63,167 bases of DNA from an uncultured virus (IMG/VR IMGVR_UViG_3300031998_000023) (Duplodnaviria > Heunggongvirae > Uroviricota > Caudoviricetes), in IMG/VR virus record IMGVR_UViG_3300031998_000023; one strand, written 5' to 3'. Under the pieces are notes generated by a model. That model saw only the letters and a program-made list of their open reading frames with translations, was not told the origin of the DNA and did no database searches. Each line of letters begins with the position of its first letter. Position 1 is the stretch's first letter. Shown here piece after piece: positions 1 through 10,292 of this stretch. Made by a program: the position numbers and the translations under genes.

Positions 1-492
1 GAAGTTGTTAATTTAGACAAAGCATTTGAAGTTTCAATGCGTGGTATTCAAGTTGCTGATAACGATTTCTATAAATTTATTTTTATGGTAAATCTTGGAA
101 CCATATGTGAAAAGAAGTTTGATTATGGAAACGCATTGAATTGTTATATTAATGCACTTCAATTAAATGGTGAATATAGGTTTGTATATCTATTTGCAGC
201 ACGATTGCTTTTCAATATTGTAAAAGACTATGAAAAAGCTTATCAATTATTATATAATGGATTAAAGTATAGTTATCGCCACGACTATTGGTTTGATAGA
301 AACGATGGATGGGATAGCGACTATTATGATTTGATGTCATTATCTGCTTATAATAGTGGGAGAAAAGCAGAAAGTTTAATTTTTGCATTGGTTGCAAGCA
401 GTAAAGACGAATCAGACGAAAGATTAAAAGGAAATATAAATTCAATATTAAATGCAATAACAGATAAAGAAATTACTGATTATGAAGAATAA
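1..492 (+). CDS. TPR-containing protein, 5'-truncated; C-terminus paralogous to downstream glycosyltransferase
   Basis: Frame open from base 1; TPR-like helices; SLSAYNSGRKAESL..DERLKGNI matches SLASYYAGKKKESL..DERLKNNV in next ORF. Confidence 0.7.
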   Translation, partial: EVVNLDKAFEVSMRGIQVADNDFYKFIFMVNLGTICEKKFDYGNALNCYINALQLNGEYRFVYLFAARLLFNIVKDYEKAYQLLYNGLKYSYRHDYWFDRNDGWDSDYYDLMSLSAYNSGRKAESLIFALVASSKDESDERLKGNINSILNAITDKEITDYEE

Positions 493-1618
493 GATATGTG
501 TTTATGCAATTTGCAAAAACGAGGCTCACTTTGTTGATAGGTGGGCAAAGAGTATGTTAGAGGCCGACAGCGTTGTTGTTCTTGATACAGGCTCAACTGA
601 TGATACAGTTGAAAAACTTAAAAGCCATGGAATTACTGTTGAGCAAAAGATTATCAGTCCATGGAGGTTTGATGTTGCACGTAATGAATCAATGAAATTA
701 ATTCCTGATGACTGTAACATCTTGGTATGCACTGATTTAGATGAAGTATTGGACCCAGGTTGGGCTAATGTTCTTAGGGAAAGATGGATTGACGGAGTAC
801 ATAAGAGTTGTTGGTACAAATACGTTTGGAGCCATTTACCTGATGGAAGCAACGGAAGAATCTTTTGGTACAATAAAATCCATGTGAGAGGTTATGAATG
901 GAAATATCCTGTCCACGAATTGCTTGATGTGATTCCTGGTTATGAGAAATCACTTGAGGGCCTTAAAGATTTATGGATTGATGAAGACGGTTTCAAATTG
1001 CATCACTATGCAGTGCCTAAAGAGAGTAGAAATAGTTATTTGCCACTCTTGGAAATGAGAGTACAAGAATACCCTGATGATTTGTCAGGTTGGCACTATC
1101 TAACACATCAATATTTTTATGAAGGAAAATATCAAAACTGTATTGATTTTGGTAAGAAGATGTTAGAGAAATTTGACAGTTCGCTTGATGGTTTGGATAA
1201 GTCAAATATTAATTTATTTATCGGTTATTCATATAGGGAGCTTGGACAATACGATGAAGCATTAGCATCATTCTATAAAGGAATTGAGTTGGACAAGACT
1301 TATATTGAGAATTATCTTGAAGTGGCTGACATTTATCTTGAACACAGCGACAAGAAAGATAGATTTGACCTTGCATATGGCATATTAAAGAAATGCTTCA
1401 AGAACATGTATAGACACTACTCATGGCTTGAGAAAGATGATTCATTTGCTTCAAGGCCGTTTGACCAACTTTCACTTGCTTCTTATTATGCAGGTAAAAA
1501 GAAAGAATCATTGCTTTATGCCTTTATCGCAAGAGAAAGAAACAAATCCGATGAAAGACTCAAGAACAACGTTGATGTTATTTTAGCAAACATTGAAGAC
1601 AAAGATTTAGTGAAATGA
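482..1618 (+). CDS. GT2-family glycosyltransferase with C-terminal TPRs
   Basis: ICKNE, VLDTGSTDDT, FDVARN, DLDE (DxD) and VHE motifs, then TPR repeats. Confidence 0.9.
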   Translation: MKNKICVYAICKNEAHFVDRWAKSMLEADSVVVLDTGSTDDTVEKLKSHGITVEQKIISPWRFDVARNESMKLIPDDCNILVCTDLDEVLDPGWANVLRERWIDGVHKSCWYKYVWSHLPDGSNGRIFWYNKIHVRGYEWKYPVHELLDVIPGYEKSLEGLKDLWIDEDGFKLHHYAVPKESRNSYLPLLEMRVQEYPDDLSGWHYLTHQYFYEGKYQNCIDFGKKMLEKFDSSLDGLDKSNINLFIGYSYRELGQYDEALASFYKGIELDKTYIENYLEVADIYLEHSDKKDRFDLAYGILKKCFKNMYRHYSWLEKDDSFASRPFDQLSLASYYAGKKKESLLYAFIARERNKSDERLKNNVDVILANIEDKDLVK

Positions 1619-1836
1619 AAATCCATATATACGATAATAAATTAAAAAAGGAAACATATTGTTTTGATGTTGTTTGCCCACAACCAGTTGATTTTCTGTT
1701 TGTAAAAGACAGGGAAACAAAGCAAAGGTACTTAATGGAGCGCACACGTGGAGAAGACCCGTTTGAGGGCCATCACTTCTTGCACCCATGCGAATATTCT
1801 CAATACGATGATGTTGAATTGCAAATAGAAAATTAG
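1615..1836 (+). CDS. hypothetical protein
   Basis: ATGA-coupled ORF in gene run. Confidence 0.7.
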   Translation: MKIHIYDNKLKKETYCFDVVCPQPVDFLFVKDRETKQRYLMERTRGEDPFEGHHFLHPCEYSQYDDVELQIEN

Positions 1837-1840
1837 AATT

Positions 1841-2008
1841 ATGAAAGTTTCTGAACTTAAAATTATACTAAATGCCATTGAACTTCCTGATGATAATATT
1901 CCAATAAAGGTTAAACTTGAATTTGATGATGGGAATTATACAGTAAGGAACATTGTTTCATTTAGAGAATATAGTGATTGCTTAATTTTAAATGCTGAAA
2001 AGGATTGA
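1841..2008 (+). CDS. hypothetical protein (55 aa)
   Basis: Read manually (MKVSELK...); fills gap. Confidence 0.6.
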   Translation: MKVSELKIILNAIELPDDNIPIKVKLEFDDGNYTVRNIVSFREYSDCLILNAEKD

Positions 2009-2010
2009 TT

Positions 2011-2520
2011 ATGGGACAATTTAATAACAAAGTTTATAAAGTAATAGAAGAAAGAATGTCACCAAGTGGCCGTGTTGAATATTTTACATTGCCACTATAT
2101 AAGACAATTACAGAAGATGAAATAAAAGGCAAAACATTATTTAAGCCTAAGGAAACAATGGCTGAATGGATGTTTAATAAATGGGGTATAACTTGCACTA
2201 CAGTAAGAACTGATGCTGACCAATATGTCCATGCTTTCATTAGTTATGACAAAGCTCTTGAATATATGCAGGAGCATTTTAAGGGGTATCTATATACACG
2301 TCCTGTAATATACGAGTGTGAAGTTTTAACGGCAAAATTTCCACCTGAAGAAGACGGTAAACTAAAATGTAAAGAAATAAGATTCATAAGGCCCATATCA
2401 CAAATGGTTAATTTCAAGGTTAATGAATATATAGCCATGCAAAAGCCTGAGAAGAAAAAGTCATATGGAATACAATATGATGAAAGCGAAATAAACGGAG
2501 ATACTGATTATAATGAGTAA
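2011..2520 (+). CDS. hypothetical protein
   Basis: ORF in gene run. Confidence 0.7.
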   Translation: MGQFNNKVYKVIEERMSPSGRVEYFTLPLYKTITEDEIKGKTLFKPKETMAEWMFNKWGITCTTVRTDADQYVHAFISYDKALEYMQEHFKGYLYTRPVIYECEVLTAKFPPEEDGKLKCKEIRFIRPISQMVNFKVNEYIAMQKPEKKKSYGIQYDESEINGDTDYNE

Positions 2521-2533
2521 TAAAATATTATGA

Positions 2534-3103
2534 ATGTACGAGATAAAAGTTGAAAACAAAAACATAATAATAACAGACCCATGTTATTTGGACAATGTTA
2601 TGAACAAAAAAGATAAAACCAAAGAACTTGATGAATATTGGCATGAGTTTCTTGGGAACATGGATAGCGATGACTATAGCCCAAGATTACAAAGATTTGG
2701 ATTTACTGATAATATATGCTGTGGAACCGGCTATGGAGATTGGTCTTGCACGACTTTCAGGGTTGGTTTTGACCCAACTGAAATAAAGGAAATGGAAGAC
2801 TTGGAAAAAATTGATGAAGACCAATTGATTAACATTGGAAGTTTTTGCGCTGATGCAGGTATGGTTTGTGTTGTTGATGCAGAAGAACTTAAAAAGTTCA
2901 ATCCAAATTTCTTTGAATGGGCATTTTCACATAGACATTGTGTTACAGCAATTTATGATTTTACTGGTAGGATTGGCGTTACTGAAATTGACCCACATAG
3001 TAAGGATTTTCCATACTTTAGGGTTAGGGTTATTTATGGCGTTGCCGATAAGGAAAAGAATCCAAATGGATATAACTTTTTAGCATATCAAACAGGACTT
3101 TAA
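2534..3103 (+). CDS. hypothetical phage protein
   Basis: ITDPCY / GYGDW / FCADAGMVCV motifs. Confidence 0.75.
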   Translation: MYEIKVENKNIIITDPCYLDNVMNKKDKTKELDEYWHEFLGNMDSDDYSPRLQRFGFTDNICCGTGYGDWSCTTFRVGFDPTEIKEMEDLEKIDEDQLINIGSFCADAGMVCVVDAEELKKFNPNFFEWAFSHRHCVTAIYDFTGRIGVTEIDPHSKDFPYFRVRVIYGVADKEKNPNGYNFLAYQTGL

Positions 3104-3105
3104 TT

Positions 3106-3873
3106 ATGAAATTTTTAGTACAGAAAATAGATAATAAACTTACTTTGGATTTTTGTCACGAATTAGTTGTGTCAAGAATCTATGCACAATGGCGTGGCGA
3201 TGATTTCAAAATCAAGTATGTAAACAACTTATGTATTCCAAAGGATATTAAGAGGCCACAACAATATATACCAGTCGGCACTGTTGAGTTTGTGACTGAT
3301 TACATAAAGACTTATTTTCCCGAAAAGAAAGAATGTTTGATGCCATTGAATGTTCCAGACTGCTTGAGAAGTTATGCGGGTAGATATGTGTTCAATATAA
3401 TTGACCCTTCAGATAGCGTTGATGAATACAATTATATAAAAGACACAATTAAAGATGGTGACAAAATTTTCAGGAAGTCATTGTATAAGATAAAAGACGA
3501 ATCAAATGGATTTACAACATTTAATTCTAATGATATAAGCAATATAGTCGGTTATCAAATATCAACTGAAGCACCTGAAATATTATCCGAATGGCGTGTG
3601 TTTGTTTATCATAACAAAGTACAACAAGTATGCTATTATGATGGGGACCCGCTTGTGTTTCCTGATGCATATAGAATAAGACATATGGTCCATGAATACA
3701 GTAATAATGAAGCCCCAATAGCATACACACTTGATGTATATGTAACTGCTTCAAGTACTTATGTAATGGAATGCCATAGATTTTTCTCATGTGGATTATA
3801 TGGATTTTCTGATAATAGAGTGTTGCCATATATGTTTTCTCAAGAATGGCACGAAATGATGAACTTAGATTAA
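3106..3873 (+). CDS. ATP-grasp domain protein (R2K/DUF4343-like)
   Basis: PVGTVEFV, SEWRVFV, AYTLDV, VMEC..FFSCGLYG motifs. Confidence 0.75.
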   Translation: MKFLVQKIDNKLTLDFCHELVVSRIYAQWRGDDFKIKYVNNLCIPKDIKRPQQYIPVGTVEFVTDYIKTYFPEKKECLMPLNVPDCLRSYAGRYVFNIIDPSDSVDEYNYIKDTIKDGDKIFRKSLYKIKDESNGFTTFNSNDISNIVGYQISTEAPEILSEWRVFVYHNKVQQVCYYDGDPLVFPDAYRIRHMVHEYSNNEAPIAYTLDVYVTASSTYVMECHRFFSCGLYGFSDNRVLPYMFSQEWHEMMNLD

Positions 3874-3887
3874 AAATTCAATAAATT

Positions 3888-4367
3888 ATGAGTAAAAAAT
3901 TTGGAAAAAACAGGTCAGTAGATTGGAGATATTATCATGTACCTTTGAAATATTTGACAAAATTCAAAGGTGGTGCTAATTGTGATAGGGCCACGAAGTA
4001 TAGAGAGGAAACCTATGAAGAATGGCGTGAAAGTATGCTTGATTGGTATTCAAAGAACAAGTGGTATGAAACTCAGGAAGAATTAGAAAACGCTGTGTCA
4101 GAGAAGACATTCGAGGGCGTGAAAAAACTTCAAAAGGAATGGGGACATGAACCTAAAATGATACTTGTTGATGAGGGCAGGGACAAGAGCCTTTGCATTA
4201 TAGACTTCTATGGAAAGAAAAAGGCTTTGGTTGCCTTTAGGAACAACAAAACCTGCAAGATAGGTATGCCAAGGATTTGCCCTATAATAGTCAAAAAGGA
4301 TAAATGGTACATCAGATACAAGGATAAAGACATAATTTTCTCAGACGATAGTGGATGGGTTTGGTAA
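3888..4367 (+). CDS. hypothetical protein
   Basis: ORF in gene run. Confidence 0.7.
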   Translation: MSKKFGKNRSVDWRYYHVPLKYLTKFKGGANCDRATKYREETYEEWRESMLDWYSKNKWYETQEELENAVSEKTFEGVKKLQKEWGHEPKMILVDEGRDKSLCIIDFYGKKKALVAFRNNKTCKIGMPRICPIIVKKDKWYIRYKDKDIIFSDDSGWVW

Positions 4368-4371
4368 AAAG

Positions 4372-4400
4372 TTGGTTTAGTCCAACTTTTTTTGTATATT
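4372..4400 (+). promoter_or_regulatory. class II (sigma70-like) promoter
   Basis: TTGGTT-N17-TATATT, overlapping a terminator hairpin. Confidence 0.55.
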
Positions 4401-4428
4401 CAAGGTAAATTACTAAAACTTTATCAAT

Positions 4429-4836
4429 ATGAAGAAAATTTTATTCTTATTTATCGTGGCTATAAGTGTCACATTTACAGGATGTAAGTCAAACGAAGAA
4501 AAGTTTGACTGTTATAATTATTTTGCTAAAAACCCTTCTTGCATTCAGAAAATTGTGGATGCAGAAAATAACAAAGCTCCGTTGGCTGTTCAAGAGTACA
4601 ACAAAATCAAGAACAATGTTGTTAAGATTGAGTTTCAAAAACTTACTATTACTCATGGAACAGACTATGCTTGCAAGGGGTATTTTACAACAGCTTGGAC
4701 AATTAAGAGCGAATATTTTGGAGAGGAACCATTTGAGTATTTGATTCCTTGTGAAGATATTCGATATAATCCAAAGAACGAGTATATAATTTGGAGAATT
4801 ATTTGGCCCGATGAACATCCATTTTTAGACAAATGA
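4429..4836 (+). CDS. putative lipoprotein
   Basis: MKK-hydrophobic-FTGC lipobox; paralog of 5047..5484. Confidence 0.75.
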   Translation: MKKILFLFIVAISVTFTGCKSNEEKFDCYNYFAKNPSCIQKIVDAENNKAPLAVQEYNKIKNNVVKIEFQKLTITHGTDYACKGYFTTAWTIKSEYFGEEPFEYLIPCEDIRYNPKNEYIIWRIIWPDEHPFLDK

Positions 4837-5045
4837 ACTTTATAACTGATAAAAACGGTAAAATTTTAAGAGTTGGCGATATGGTTCACGATGATTGGGG
4901 CTATGACCTGATTGTTCAGCGTGAAGAAGATGGCGATGGATACAATGGGAAACTTGTTTGTGACAAAAATGATTCTTGTGCCAATATACCATATTGTCTT
5001 GTAAGTGAAGAAATTACATTCGTTAAACATACAAATTTAAATTAA
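4833..5045 (+). CDS. small YopX-like protein
   Basis: DKNGKILRVGDMV motif. Confidence 0.5.
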   Translation: MNFITDKNGKILRVGDMVHDDWGYDLIVQREEDGDGYNGKLVCDKNDSCANIPYCLVSEEITFVKHTNLN

Positions 5046-5046
5046 A

Positions 5047-5484
5047 ATGAAAAGATTATTTTTGCTATTGATTATGGCACTCACACTTTTGACAAGCTGT
5101 GACATTGCCCAAACTAGAGGTAATTTAAAAAATTACATTCTCAAAAAAGAATCCTCACAAATGCCAGTGAGGGTTCAGAACTATTCAATTAACAACGAAA
5201 ACATTGTTGACATTAAGATTGACAGTGTTAGTTTATCATTCCTCAATGACCAAAGCATTACTCCATTGAGTGGGTACATTGCTACTACATGGAAATTCAA
5301 AAAGGAATATCTTGCTGATTATACACAATATCCAATGTTCAGCGATGACGAAGACAATTCTGATTATGAATTTGAATATAAGAAATATCTTGTTCCTTTA
5401 GTCAATTTTAGTGACCCTGATGCTACAGGAAATTATATTGAATATTTTGCTGAGTGGCCGTTAGATACTCCATTTAAAAAGTAA
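5047..5484 (+). CDS. putative lipoprotein
   Basis: LLTSC lipobox; shares GY..T.W, YL.P, WP...PF with 4429..4836. Confidence 0.75.
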   Translation: MKRLFLLLIMALTLLTSCDIAQTRGNLKNYILKKESSQMPVRVQNYSINNENIVDIKIDSVSLSFLNDQSITPLSGYIATTWKFKKEYLADYTQYPMFSDDEDNSDYEFEYKKYLVPLVNFSDPDATGNYIEYFAEWPLDTPFKK

Positions 5485-5488
5485 TAAT

Positions 5489-5968
5489 ATGTATAGAGAA
5501 ATAGAATTCAGAGGAAAACGCATTGATGAATATGCTCCTGGTACTATGGTATATGGTAGTCTTTATCAAAACAAAGACGGAAGATGCTTTATTCGTGTTG
5601 AAACAAATGACAAATTGGACATGTTTGAAGTTGACCCAAGTAGCGTTGGCCAATATACAGGAAAGAAAGATAGGGATGGCAACAAAATCTTTGAAAACGA
5701 TTTAGTTAAATTGGTGACAAAAGATTTTTTCCGTATCTTTAAAGTCGTATATGGAGAAACTGAAAGAGCCGTTGACCCACTTGATGGGTTTGAAGATAAT
5801 GGAGAAACCACCGTTGTCGAAATTAATGGATGGATGTATGAACTTGTTTATGCAAGCGACTTTGATTGCTCAGGAGAAAACATAGTTCTTTTACCAATGA
5901 TTGATGAATACGGACTTACCGACACTTGTAAAATGAGCGTTATTAACACAGATTACGATGGAAAATAA
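5489..5968 (+). CDS. YopX family phage protein
   Basis: REIEFRGKR...VGQYTGKKDRDGNKIFENDLV. Confidence 0.85.
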   Translation: MYREIEFRGKRIDEYAPGTMVYGSLYQNKDGRCFIRVETNDKLDMFEVDPSSVGQYTGKKDRDGNKIFENDLVKLVTKDFFRIFKVVYGETERAVDPLDGFEDNGETTVVEINGWMYELVYASDFDCSGENIVLLPMIDEYGLTDTCKMSVINTDYDGK

Positions 5969-6518
5969 AATCAAATTTTGCAGCTATTGCCCTTATTGCC
6001 AAATTGGGCCCATTTATTACTGTCCTGAATGTGATGATGAAGAACAGGACTTGTACTGTGAAAAACTTAAAAAGACAGTATTTGAGGGACTTTGTTGGAA
6101 CGAAATAGCTGGTAGGCACAAACGTTCTGATGGCGTAATTGATGGTATGGATAAAATACCTTCAGATTGCCCAATGCATTTTTCTGAAGAAACCGTGAAG
6201 CAAACTGCTGAATCTGAGAAAATAGAAAACGGCATGCTATTTAACCCAAGCAATGGCAAGGAAAAAGATGACTTAATGGTAATGGAGATTGAAGACATGG
6301 TTGATATGCTCCTAAAGTCAGAAAGCGGCGTATATGTAGTATTTGATGGAACCGGTAAAGTTAGGTATGAAGGTGATATTCAACACTGTTTTGCATACTA
6401 TACCATGTATTCAAAATGGATGGGGTTTCCACCTGTAATTTATTCCATTGAGGAATACAAAAGAATGATTGCTGAAATAAACGAAGCACATAGAAAGCAT
6501 GGCCTTGATGAAATTTGA
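5958..6518 (+). CDS. Cys-rich hypothetical protein
   Basis: CSYCPYC, CPEC. Confidence 0.7.
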   Translation: MENKIKFCSYCPYCQIGPIYYCPECDDEEQDLYCEKLKKTVFEGLCWNEIAGRHKRSDGVIDGMDKIPSDCPMHFSEETVKQTAESEKIENGMLFNPSNGKEKDDLMVMEIEDMVDMLLKSESGVYVVFDGTGKVRYEGDIQHCFAYYTMYSKWMGFPPVIYSIEEYKRMIAEINEAHRKHGLDEI

Positions 6519-6524
6519 GGCCAT

Positions 6525-6553
6525 TTGCTTTTTTTATGTAAATTTTGTATATT
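6525..6553 (+). promoter_or_regulatory. class II (sigma70-like) promoter
   Basis: TTGCTT-N17-TATATT. Confidence 0.55.
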
Positions 6554-6702
6554 AAAGGTATGGAAAATACTAACGAAATTAAGTTTACAGATTTATGCCA
6601 AAATAACATAGATTGTAAAAAATGTAAATACAATAACGCTCAATGCTTTGGTGTTGGGTGTCCTGATTTTGAACCATTTATAACCGATTTATCTAAAGAA
6701 AT

Positions 6703-6930
6703 ATGATTGCAAGAGTTATATACGAGGGACAATTAAGTGATAATTTAGAAGACTGCTTTGCTGAACTTATAAAAAAAGCACGAATTGCAGAGACATACTT
6801 TTATCTTAGGTGGAATGGCGTTACTATTTTTATTTCAGATAGTGATACTGTTGACTCATTATTGCAGAAGTATGAAGATGGTCTAAAGGCCCAAGAACTT
6901 TTAAGTAAATTCAAAAGAGAAAACAACTAA
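6703..6930 (+). CDS. hypothetical protein
   Basis: ORF in gene run. Confidence 0.65.
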   Translation: MIARVIYEGQLSDNLEDCFAELIKKARIAETYFYLRWNGVTIFISDSDTVDSLLQKYEDGLKAQELLSKFKRENN

Positions 6931-6946
6931 TTTAAAATAAATTAAT

Positions 6947-7219
6947 ATGATTGACTTTAAAACCAACGAAATTTACGAGTTTATCGCTGTTGAAAAACGG
7001 TATGAGGAACTTGGAACAAAGATTGAAAACGCTTGCCAAAAGTTCTGTGAAAAGAACATTCAAGGGAAATATCTTGGATGGGGGTTCAATGAACGTCAAA
7101 CTTTAATTGAAATCACATATTCCTATGTGAAGCATGGCGAGGAAGTGGTTGATTATGAATCAGTTTCTTTTGATGAAATTGTAAACCTTATTAAAGAAGA
7201 ATCAACACAAATTAAGTAA
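6947..7219 (+). CDS. hypothetical protein
   Basis: ORF in gene run. Confidence 0.7.
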   Translation: MIDFKTNEIYEFIAVEKRYEELGTKIENACQKFCEKNIQGKYLGWGFNERQTLIEITYSYVKHGEEVVDYESVSFDEIVNLIKEESTQIK

Positions 7220-7220
7220 T

Positions 7221-7493
7221 ATGAGCGATTTGGATTTATATAGGCTTATTTTGAGACATTGTAACGAATACCATGAGGATGGGATTTTCTTTATTGCTCC
7301 ATGGGATTTGAAAGACTTTGTTCAGGACCTTGGGATTAAAGACAGCGAGAACGGAGTACCTGCCACAATTACAACTGATGGCTTTCTTGCTATTGATACT
7401 CATGAGTTTGAATCTTGGTTTGAAGAGGATATTGAAGAAATAATAAAAAGATTAAACGAAGACATAAATGTCCACCTTCCAAGAAAATATTGA
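7221..7493 (+). CDS. hypothetical protein
   Basis: ORF in gene run. Confidence 0.7.
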   Translation: MSDLDLYRLILRHCNEYHEDGIFFIAPWDLKDFVQDLGIKDSENGVPATITTDGFLAIDTHEFESWFEEDIEEIIKRLNEDINVHLPRKY

Positions 7494-7842
7494 TATAAGA
7501 TGCTATTCAACTTGGAAAAAGAACAACAACCCTGAAATCTATTGCGTTCAAGATGGTGTAAAAGGTTGGGCCGTGCAAACTGTTGGTCCAACCATTGAGC
7601 ATTATGGATGGAAGCAATGCGTTTTTGATTATGACTACGGCCTTTGTCAAGAAATAAAGCCAAAGCGAAAAGCGTTGGAACTTCTTGAATCAATTTGGGG
7701 TAAAGAATGGATGAAAGACAAGAAATTTGTCTATTATCTTTACATTGGAACAAACGGTTATATGGACTGTTTGTATGTTTGGTACAAAGATAAGAATGAG
7801 CCAGATTTGGATTTAGAATATTGGAATAAAAAATATGAATAA
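7468..7842 (+). CDS. hypothetical protein
   Basis: ORF in gene run. Confidence 0.7.
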   Translation: MSTFQENIDIRCYSTWKKNNNPEIYCVQDGVKGWAVQTVGPTIEHYGWKQCVFDYDYGLCQEIKPKRKALELLESIWGKEWMKDKKFVYYLYIGTNGYMDCLYVWYKDKNEPDLDLEYWNKKYE

Positions 7843-9001
7843 CTTATTAACAGATTATTTTTTCTTGAAATCGTTCTATTGCATGGGCAAAGAACATGAA
7901 GTTTGCTATGATTGTGCTTACTGCCGTGCAAGAGACAAGAATAATGTAAAAGAGTATTTTACTCCACCGTCAGAGATAAATCCATTGTTTACTAAAATAC
8001 CGGTTGTAATCAATGTGTTCTACGGCGACCCGCTTTTGTATCTTTTAGATACTATAAAGTGCCTTTCAATACTTAAAGAGGCACATCACCAAGGCCCTGT
8101 AATTATAATTACAAAAGGTGATATGTCAGAGAAAAAAGTGATAGAGACTTTTGATAAAGATTGGGGCCTTAAAATCTACTTCGGATTATCAGTATTCGGA
8201 AACGATGAATTTGACAGTGTTGGTACACTTGACAGGCTTAGAAGTAATTTGAAGGTTTGCCAAGAATTATCAAAGAAATACACATACTCGTATGGTATTG
8301 AGTATAGGCCAATTATCAATGGTATCAATGATTCAGATGAAGTAATGAAGCAAATATTCATGCTTGCTGCATATCATTATACAGGTATTGCATACTCAGG
8401 TCTTCAAGTTGAGCCTGAACTTGCTGCATACATCAAAGAGAAAAATTTGCCGTTTACTCCATATGAAGGATATGAGTTTGGTATGAAAAAGAATATCAGT
8501 AATGAAGTTATTGATAAATTGAAATACTATTCAAAAATGTATAGAATTCCAATTTTCAAAAAGACAAGCTGTTCAATATCATATTTTCTTAATATTGGAA
8601 GAGATTATAATTCACATTATTACAGGCCAAATGAAATGGGTTGTGCCGATTGTCCTAATAAGGTTAATTGTTTAGGATTAAAAGAAGAATTCAATGACGT
8701 AATCGGATGTTGGGATTGGGAGGAAGAATCAAAGAAGTTTCCATTTGACCTTAAAATGGTGTATAAGCAAAACCATGAATGTAGGCTTCACAGGGAAGGC
8801 TTATGTAAATTCCCATCTGACGATTGTATGAACATTAGCGGAAATTTGCTCACAACAGATAGGAAACTAACAACAAGTGATGTAAGAGTTATCAAGTGGC
8901 TTACAGGCTTTACAGTTGATGCTGATTTTGAAGAAAGCCCTTATATAAGTGAAGATTGGTTGGTAAACAATAATTCAAATAAAGAAGAAAACAATGGTTG
9001 A
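7835..9001 (+). CDS. putative radical SAM protein with Cys-rich C-terminus
   Basis: CYDCAYC, YGDP, IITKG, EYRPII motifs; extra Cys cluster. Confidence 0.6.
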   Translation: MNNLLTDYFFLKSFYCMGKEHEVCYDCAYCRARDKNNVKEYFTPPSEINPLFTKIPVVINVFYGDPLLYLLDTIKCLSILKEAHHQGPVIIITKGDMSEKKVIETFDKDWGLKIYFGLSVFGNDEFDSVGTLDRLRSNLKVCQELSKKYTYSYGIEYRPIINGINDSDEVMKQIFMLAAYHYTGIAYSGLQVEPELAAYIKEKNLPFTPYEGYEFGMKKNISNEVIDKLKYYSKMYRIPIFKKTSCSISYFLNIGRDYNSHYYRPNEMGCADCPNKVNCLGLKEEFNDVIGCWDWEEESKKFPFDLKMVYKQNHECRLHREGLCKFPSDDCMNISGNLLTTDRKLTTSDVRVIKWLTGFTVDADFEESPYISEDWLVNNNSNKEENNG

Positions 9002-9434
9002 CAGAAGTAGAAGACAAGTAGAAGATATTCTATACTCAAAGATGCTATCCTGCTATCCATTTGAGGAATATGCGGCAAAGGAATACATAAATTATCTTAA
9101 AGGACACCCAGAAGAAAGCCCTGATACTGTTCATATGCGTATTGACTCTTATGAAAGGGAAGAAGACCATTATGGAAATGGTGGCGGATATGACAGATAT
9201 GTAAGGATTTATAAAACAAGAGAAGAAACTGATGCAGAATATAATAAGCGTGTCAGCGAAGAGGAAAAAAAGGAAATAGATATATATTTTCGCACAATTG
9301 AATTTGAAACTAACGAGGTTTTACGAAGATTAAACCTTAGTAATTGTGACAAAGACAAGGCAAGATGGCTTACTTGGGATATGATGGAAAAGGCCAATAA
9401 AAAAATAAACGAAAAAAGAAATGAATACATTTAA
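8994..9434 (+). CDS. hypothetical protein
   Basis: ORF in gene run. Confidence 0.7.
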   Translation: MVDRSRRQVEDILYSKMLSCYPFEEYAAKEYINYLKGHPEESPDTVHMRIDSYEREEDHYGNGGGYDRYVRIYKTREETDAEYNKRVSEEEKKEIDIYFRTIEFETNEVLRRLNLSNCDKDKARWLTWDMMEKANKKINEKRNEYI

Positions 9435-9440
9435 TTAGTT

Positions 9441-9455
9441 TGGCACGGTTTTTGT
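9441..9455 (+). promoter_or_regulatory. class I sigma54-type promoter
   Basis: TGGCACGGTTTTTGT, intergenic. Confidence 0.75.
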
Positions 9456-9486
9456 TAGTGATACAAATGAGCAAAAATAAAATTAA

Positions 9487-9777
9487 ATGAGTAATTTAAA
9501 CTTAATTCAACAAGCTATGGGTTTAATTCACATAATTCCTGTTGTATGCAGTCACGGTGAACTTGATGACAAAAAAGTAGATAAACTATTTGCCTACTTT
9601 ATTTGGTTTGTACTTATGCTGTGTGGTGTTGTCTTTGGATATGTACTTCAAAGTGTTGCTTGGGGAATTGGTGCTACTGCATTTTTTATTATAATTGGAA
9701 TTTGTATCATATTATGGAAAAAAGATACTGAAAAAGAACGTTTAACTAAAAAAGAAAAAGAAAATGAATTGGATTAA
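9487..9777 (+). CDS. membrane protein
   Basis: Two hydrophobic helices. Confidence 0.7.
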   Translation: MSNLNLIQQAMGLIHIIPVVCSHGELDDKKVDKLFAYFIWFVLMLCGVVFGYVLQSVAWGIGATAFFIIIGICIILWKKDTEKERLTKKEKENELD

Positions 9778-9879
9778 TTTTTTCAAGATGTGTTTCTTCT
9801 TCGACCCTATTTGCAAGTGGGCCGTTGCTAACGCTGAACTGATTACTGAGTACATTAACCCTATTATTGCGATGCTATA

Positions 9880-10281
9880 ATGGAAGCAAAAGAGATTTTA
9901 GAAAAACTCAAAGAGGGTGCTAACTTTGAATTGAAGTATGATGAAGATGGCCGATTGGATGGCTATGGCGCTATAAACCGTTTTGAATGCTGTAAGGTTG
10001 GTGGCGGAATGACCCAATCTTGGTATGAAAATGTTCATTATCCTTCAAGAAAGAAAATACTTGAATCACTTCCTTGGAATGTGGTGGAAAACCCACGTAA
10101 TCCAAAAGAAGGTGAATATCCTACAGAAGCCGGCGAATACATTGTAATGCTTGATTGCGATGAACACGCTGTATGGCATAACATATTTCATGATGGGCGT
10201 TGGGTAATATACAACAGGACCCATGTAAAATGGTGGATGCCAATTACTGACGAAATGAAAGAAATTATAAGTAAAAAATAA
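9880..10281 (+). CDS. DUF551-like phage protein
   Basis: PTEAGEYIV...VKWWMPI. Confidence 0.5.
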   Translation: MEAKEILEKLKEGANFELKYDEDGRLDGYGAINRFECCKVGGGMTQSWYENVHYPSRKKILESLPWNVVENPRNPKEGEYPTEAGEYIVMLDCDEHAVWHNIFHDGRWVIYNRTHVKWWMPITDEMKEIISKK

Positions 10282-10292
10282 ATAATATTATT

